Notes under the pieces: model-generated
The model's input: the letters and a program-made list of their open reading frames with translations, nothing else
The model's database searches: none
Told to the model about the DNA's origin: nothing
Made by a program: the position numbers and the translations under genes
IMG/VR virus record: IMGVR_UViG_3300032242_001941
Coordinates: 1-64,000 of that record
From: a virus
DNA: 64,000 nt
Direction: 5' to 3' (one strand)
In this document: piece after piece, positions 60,269 through 64,000 of the stretch
Layout: every line of letters starts with the position of its first letter
Numbering within the stretch: the first letter of the stretch is position 1

Positions 60269-61181
60269 TCGCAATGAATGGGATCCGTTAGAAGCTATTA
60301 TTGTAGGTAGTGCTACCAATGCTAATTGGCCAATGACTGATCCAGTGTTTGCTGAAGAAGCTAGGAATAGCCTGTGGACCAAAACACCGGCACCCGGTGG
60401 CCCAGTGCCGCAGTTTATCGTTGATGAAGCTAATCGCGAATTAGACATCTTGTCAGAAACCCTAGTTCGATATGGCGCTACAGTTTATCGTCCTCGACCA
60501 ATGGATTTTGTTAAACGCCAAGGCATGTACAACTATTGTCCAAGAGATCGACTACTAGTGGCCGGCGATACTGTAGTTGACTGCAACATGATGTATCCGT
60601 GTCGCAATCAGGAAATTGAAAATTATTATAGATTACTTGCAGATGCTTGTAACACATATACTATGCCTAGAGACCAAGATATGACCCTGGATGCCGCAAA
60701 CATTTGTCGACTTGGAGATACTTGGTTATTTTTACAATCAGCATCGGGTAGTATTTCTGCGTACTATTGGTTAAAGTCAAAATTCCCTAAAATTACAATT
60801 GAGCTGTGTAACTTTTACGCAGGTGTCCATATTGATTCTACTATTACTCCTTTGCGTGAAGGACTAGTCATGTTAAATGCCGGACGTGTTACTGAAGATA
60901 ACTGTCCACAAGCATTTCAAGATTGGGAAAAAATTTGGGTCACAGAAAACATGATTGTAGCACAAGACTTTTATCAATATCCTTATGCGTCAAAATGGAT
61001 AGCTATGAATATGTTGGTCTTGGATCCAGAAACTGTAATCATAGATGCCGCACAAACAGAGCTAATTACTATACTGAAGTCCCGAGGAATTGATTCAATT
61101 CCCTTGACACTAAGCCATAGTAGAACACTAGGCGGCGGATTTCATTGTGTAACCTTGGATACTCGTAGACGTCATGCATAA
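60258..61181 (+). CDS. Amidinotransferase (glycine / inosamine-phosphate amidinotransferase family)
   Basis: NEWDPLE.IIVG, CPRD, DAAN, HID, LGGGFHCVTLD (Cys-His-Asp triad). Confidence 0.9.
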   Translation: MVNSRNEWDPLEAIIVGSATNANWPMTDPVFAEEARNSLWTKTPAPGGPVPQFIVDEANRELDILSETLVRYGATVYRPRPMDFVKRQGMYNYCPRDRLLVAGDTVVDCNMMYPCRNQEIENYYRLLADACNTYTMPRDQDMTLDAANICRLGDTWLFLQSASGSISAYYWLKSKFPKITIELCNFYAGVHIDSTITPLREGLVMLNAGRVTEDNCPQAFQDWEKIWVTENMIVAQDFYQYPYASKWIAMNMLVLDPETVIIDAAQTELITILKSRGIDSIPLTLSHSRTLGGGFHCVTLDTRRRHA

Positions 61182-61737
61182 AATAAAAGAAAAAATTAGT
61201 TGGGTATTATCAGATTCTGTAGTATTAGATCCTACACAGGATATCGAAGAACTTAAACGAGTTGGTGCATTTTGGGGAAGTTGGCGCACCTGGAGAGCCT
61301 GTCAAACAGACAACGTAATCTGTCACGATCAGATCAAGGCCGACGAGTTGATACAACGAGAATTTCAAAAGTCCTGTAATTTTTACATACCAGAATCGGT
61401 TAATGCTAGTATTAATCGACCCGAGGGTGTAAAAGTGTATGCTGGAGAATTTGTACATAATGTAATAAAGCAAGAAGAAATTGTGGCCATGCATTTGGCT
61501 GCAACCACCAGTGATATTGTTATAATGCTAGGATGGGATCTTACTACACTTGAGGCCAATGCAGATCGTTTGCAGGCCAATCAAGCACAGCATCATCGTA
61601 ATTTGGTGCAACAGGCCTTTATAACTTACAACCAGATTCAATGGGTCATAGTAGATCATGCAGGTCCAATTGATCCAAATTTAACTGATTTGGACAATGT
61701 AGTCACCGATACTTTGGCTACAGTTTTACACTTATAA
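61174..61737 (+). CDS. Hypothetical protein
   Basis: Coupled ORF, 187 aa. Confidence 0.7.
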   Translation: MHKIKEKISWVLSDSVVLDPTQDIEELKRVGAFWGSWRTWRACQTDNVICHDQIKADELIQREFQKSCNFYIPESVNASINRPEGVKVYAGEFVHNVIKQEEIVAMHLAATTSDIVIMLGWDLTTLEANADRLQANQAQHHRNLVQQAFITYNQIQWVIVDHAGPIDPNLTDLDNVVTDTLATVLHL

Positions 61738-61739
61738 CC

Positions 61740-61768
61740 TTGACAATTAATACATATTGCCGTATAAT
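61740..61768 (+). promoter_or_regulatory. Perfect sigma70 consensus promoter, probably leaderless transcript
   Basis: TTGACA-17-TATAAT; ATG at 61775. Confidence 0.85.
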
Positions 61769-61774
61769 AGCAGT

Positions 61775-62080
61775 ATGACTAAGAAAACTGGCAATTATAC
61801 TGCTCCTGACAAATCAGACTTGCATAGATGGTATGTTTATACACATACCGATCCGGCAACTGGAGAAATTGTTTATGTAGGCGAAGGTACTGGTCAGCGA
61901 TTTTCAGCCGTTAACACTCGAGCAAGCGACCATTCTTGGTTTCTTAAAGAAGTAATACATGACAAACGGCTAGACTGTTTTCAGATTGTTGAATCACGGT
62001 TAACTAAAGAAGAAGCAAGAGCACTAGAGTATCAACTAATTACCAAATATAAACCAAAATTTAATAAAGCGATGAAATGA
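61775..62080 (+). CDS. GIY-YIG nuclease-like protein
   Basis: WYVY...IVYVGEG...R, A.ALE.QLI...KPKFN. Confidence 0.75.
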   Translation: MTKKTGNYTAPDKSDLHRWYVYTHTDPATGEIVYVGEGTGQRFSAVNTRASDHSWFLKEVIHDKRLDCFQIVESRLTKEEARALEYQLITKYKPKFNKAMK

Positions 62081-63102
62081 TTAAACGTATTGGTTTTTGT
62101 TGCAAATGGCTCAATGATCCGTCTGAATGTGGCGGCATGAAGGTCAATGCAGTGGATCGGGACCTTAACGGGCGTTCAACTACCATGCGTTGGTTGCGTG
62201 AGCACCCTGCAGAAGCCGAACAGCGCCAGTGGGACATCATGAATCACAACACCGCTGCCGCTGTCAAGTTGATCGAGCGTGTGGCCACATTACCGCCTGA
62301 ACGTCGCATGGTGAGGTTAGGCAGTGAAATGCTACAGGGCTATACTGAACCGTCATGGATTGACTGGTGGCAACAGACTGATGTGCAGAATCATTTGGAA
62401 AAGATTTTTGCTCCTATAGGCGAAACTGCTCGTAGATTGGATGTGCGACTGAGTTTTCATCCTGGACAGTTTTGTGTGTTGGCCAGTGAGAATCCTGGCA
62501 TTGTGGGAAGATCTATACAGGAGTTTGAATATCATGCAGATATGGCCAGGTGGATGGGTTATGGCAAATCATTTCAGGACTTTAAGATCAACGTCCACAT
62601 ATCGGGTAAACGCGGTCCCGAAGGTTTACGAGACGCCTACAGCAAACTCTCACCCGAAGCCCGTAACTGTATTACTATTGAAAACGAAGAAAATTCTTGG
62701 GGGTTAAATGATTGTCTTACCATTTCTGATATTGTGCCTGTTGTGCTCGATATTCATCATTACTGGATCCGTGAGGGAGCCTACATCCTACCTGGAGACG
62801 ACCGTGTTAAAAGAGTTGTTGACAGTTGGCGCGGTGTTCGTCCTGCTATGCATTACAGTGTCAGCAGGGAAGATATACTTGTCGGACACAATGCCAACCA
62901 AGCACCTGACTATCCGGCACTTCTGGTAGCGGGTTATAAGAAACAGAAACTAAGAGCACACTCAGACTTTTACTGGAATCAATCTGTAACTGACTGGGCC
63001 TTGAGTTTCTGGGAACAGTTTGATATACAGTGCGAGTCAAAGGGCAAGAACTTGGCCAGTGCTCAGGTCTATGCTCGTGCGGTAGAGTTGAATTTGGTTT
63101 AA
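62077..63102 (+). CDS. uvsE: UV-damage endonuclease UvsE/UvdE
   Basis: RIGFCC, RLSFHPGQF.VL.S, INVHISG, IENEE, VLDIHH, MHYS, AHSDF, CESKGK. Confidence 0.92.
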   Translation: MIKRIGFCCKWLNDPSECGGMKVNAVDRDLNGRSTTMRWLREHPAEAEQRQWDIMNHNTAAAVKLIERVATLPPERRMVRLGSEMLQGYTEPSWIDWWQQTDVQNHLEKIFAPIGETARRLDVRLSFHPGQFCVLASENPGIVGRSIQEFEYHADMARWMGYGKSFQDFKINVHISGKRGPEGLRDAYSKLSPEARNCITIENEENSWGLNDCLTISDIVPVVLDIHHYWIREGAYILPGDDRVKRVVDSWRGVRPAMHYSVSREDILVGHNANQAPDYPALLVAGYKKQKLRAHSDFYWNQSVTDWALSFWEQFDIQCESKGKNLASAQVYARAVELNLV

Positions 63103-63335
63103 TGGAGCAGTTAAAACTTTGGCCACCGCCTGAGTGGACAGAATGCGTAGTTACATGGGATTCGATATTAGAATCAAAAGAAGTTCATCCTCAAGAGTTA
63201 TATGATTGGTGCGATGGTCACCCTAGCCCAAGTAGATATCACGTACACGGTTGGCGATCAACTTACGGATTTGCGTTTAGATTTGAGAATCCGCATGATG
63301 CAATCTTGTTTAAATTAATTTGGAAATGTGAGTGA
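63102..63335 (+). CDS. Small hypothetical protein
   Basis: TAATG coupling; ends FRFENPHDAILFKLIW. Confidence 0.65.
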   Translation: MEQLKLWPPPEWTECVVTWDSILESKEVHPQELYDWCDGHPSPSRYHVHGWRSTYGFAFRFENPHDAILFKLIWKCE

Positions 63336-64000
63336 ATGCCAAAAATTTTATACATAATCGAGCCAACAGTTGATTTTAACCTGACTGAACCAACATCTGT
63401 ACTGTTAACTCATTGCAACGACAAGTTAATACACGACAAGTATCATACATCTCTCGGCGATTTAACACGTCAAGAAATATGTTCTATTGTTGATCAATTT
63501 GATTCGATATCATTTGTTGAAAATGGATTTGATAAAAGTTCAACTATCTATAAAGAAACATTAATTTTGTTAAATTTTTTACAGCATCGTCATACTGTAG
63601 TAAATTTTACTAAAGATAATGTAATTAACTTTATCAATGACCAAGATCTTGTTCAGCGTCCTGACACGCCAGTATTATGGGTCTTTGGGTGCAGTCATAG
63701 TCATGGAGTTGGTCTAGACAGTTTTGAGCAATGCTACAGCAGTATAGTGAGTAAACAATTAAACTTACCATTAAAATCAATCACTCAACCTGGTAGTTCA
63801 TTGGGTTGGAGTTTCAGGCACATGATGCAGGCCAATATACGATCCGACGATTTAGTAATTTGGCAGTTGACTACGCCTGAAAGATTTACAAAAGCAGTAG
63901 ACTTTACCGGGAAATGCAAAGAGATATTGCTAAAAAATGCCAGTGTAGAAGAAGTTTTATTTTGGTCTGACTTGCAACTATTTTATAATCATGTAAATTA
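63336..64000 (+). CDS. SGNH-hydrolase-like protein, 3'-truncated by the window
   Basis: Open frame from ATG 63336 to the window end; VFGCSHSHG, PGSS, VIWQLT..ERF. Confidence 0.65.
   Translation, partial: MPKILYIIEPTVDFNLTEPTSVLLTHCNDKLIHDKYHTSLGDLTRQEICSIVDQFDSISFVENGFDKSSTIYKETLILLNFLQHRHTVVNFTKDNVINFINDQDLVQRPDTPVLWVFGCSHSHGVGLDSFEQCYSSIVSKQLNLPLKSITQPGSSLGWSFRHMMQANIRSDDLVIWQLTTPERFTKAVDFTGKCKEILLKNASVEEVLFWSDLQLFYNHVN

Overview
A 64-kb, densely coding fragment (standard genetic code, almost all + strand) of a large T4-like/jumbo myophage genome. The GroEL and IscU sequences suggest a betaproteobacterial host (inference). Core genes: terminase large subunit, gp32 SSB, UvsX/UvsY/UvsW, primase, replicative helicase, ATP-dependent DNA ligase, NrdA/NrdB/glutaredoxin, PAAR spike and several probable virion proteins. 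Accessory genes: three radical-SAM enzymes, IscU/IscA, a 192-aa miniature DnaE-like protein, an NTase/ligase-like fusion, a proteostasis block (ClpX, bS21, GroES/GroEL, Hsp20, ClpS), a curli-like CsgF/CsgG/curlin/FecR locus linked to a CHASE2 class III cyclase, a stand-alone copy of that cyclase's C-terminus and a metallophosphoesterase, plus an amidinotransferase, a 2OG-Fe(II)-type oxygenase and UvsE. Non-coding highlights read directly from the sequence: two ROSE-like thermometer leaders bracketing groES-groEL (one driving only an 8-codon ORF); an exact 17-bp duplication of the helicase start flanking an inserted radical-SAM gene; many apparently leaderless genes behind sigma70-type and TAAATA late promoters; a triple AGGCAAC leader on gp32. 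No tRNA, rRNA or CRISPR array was seen. All calls come from motif recognition; no database searches were run.
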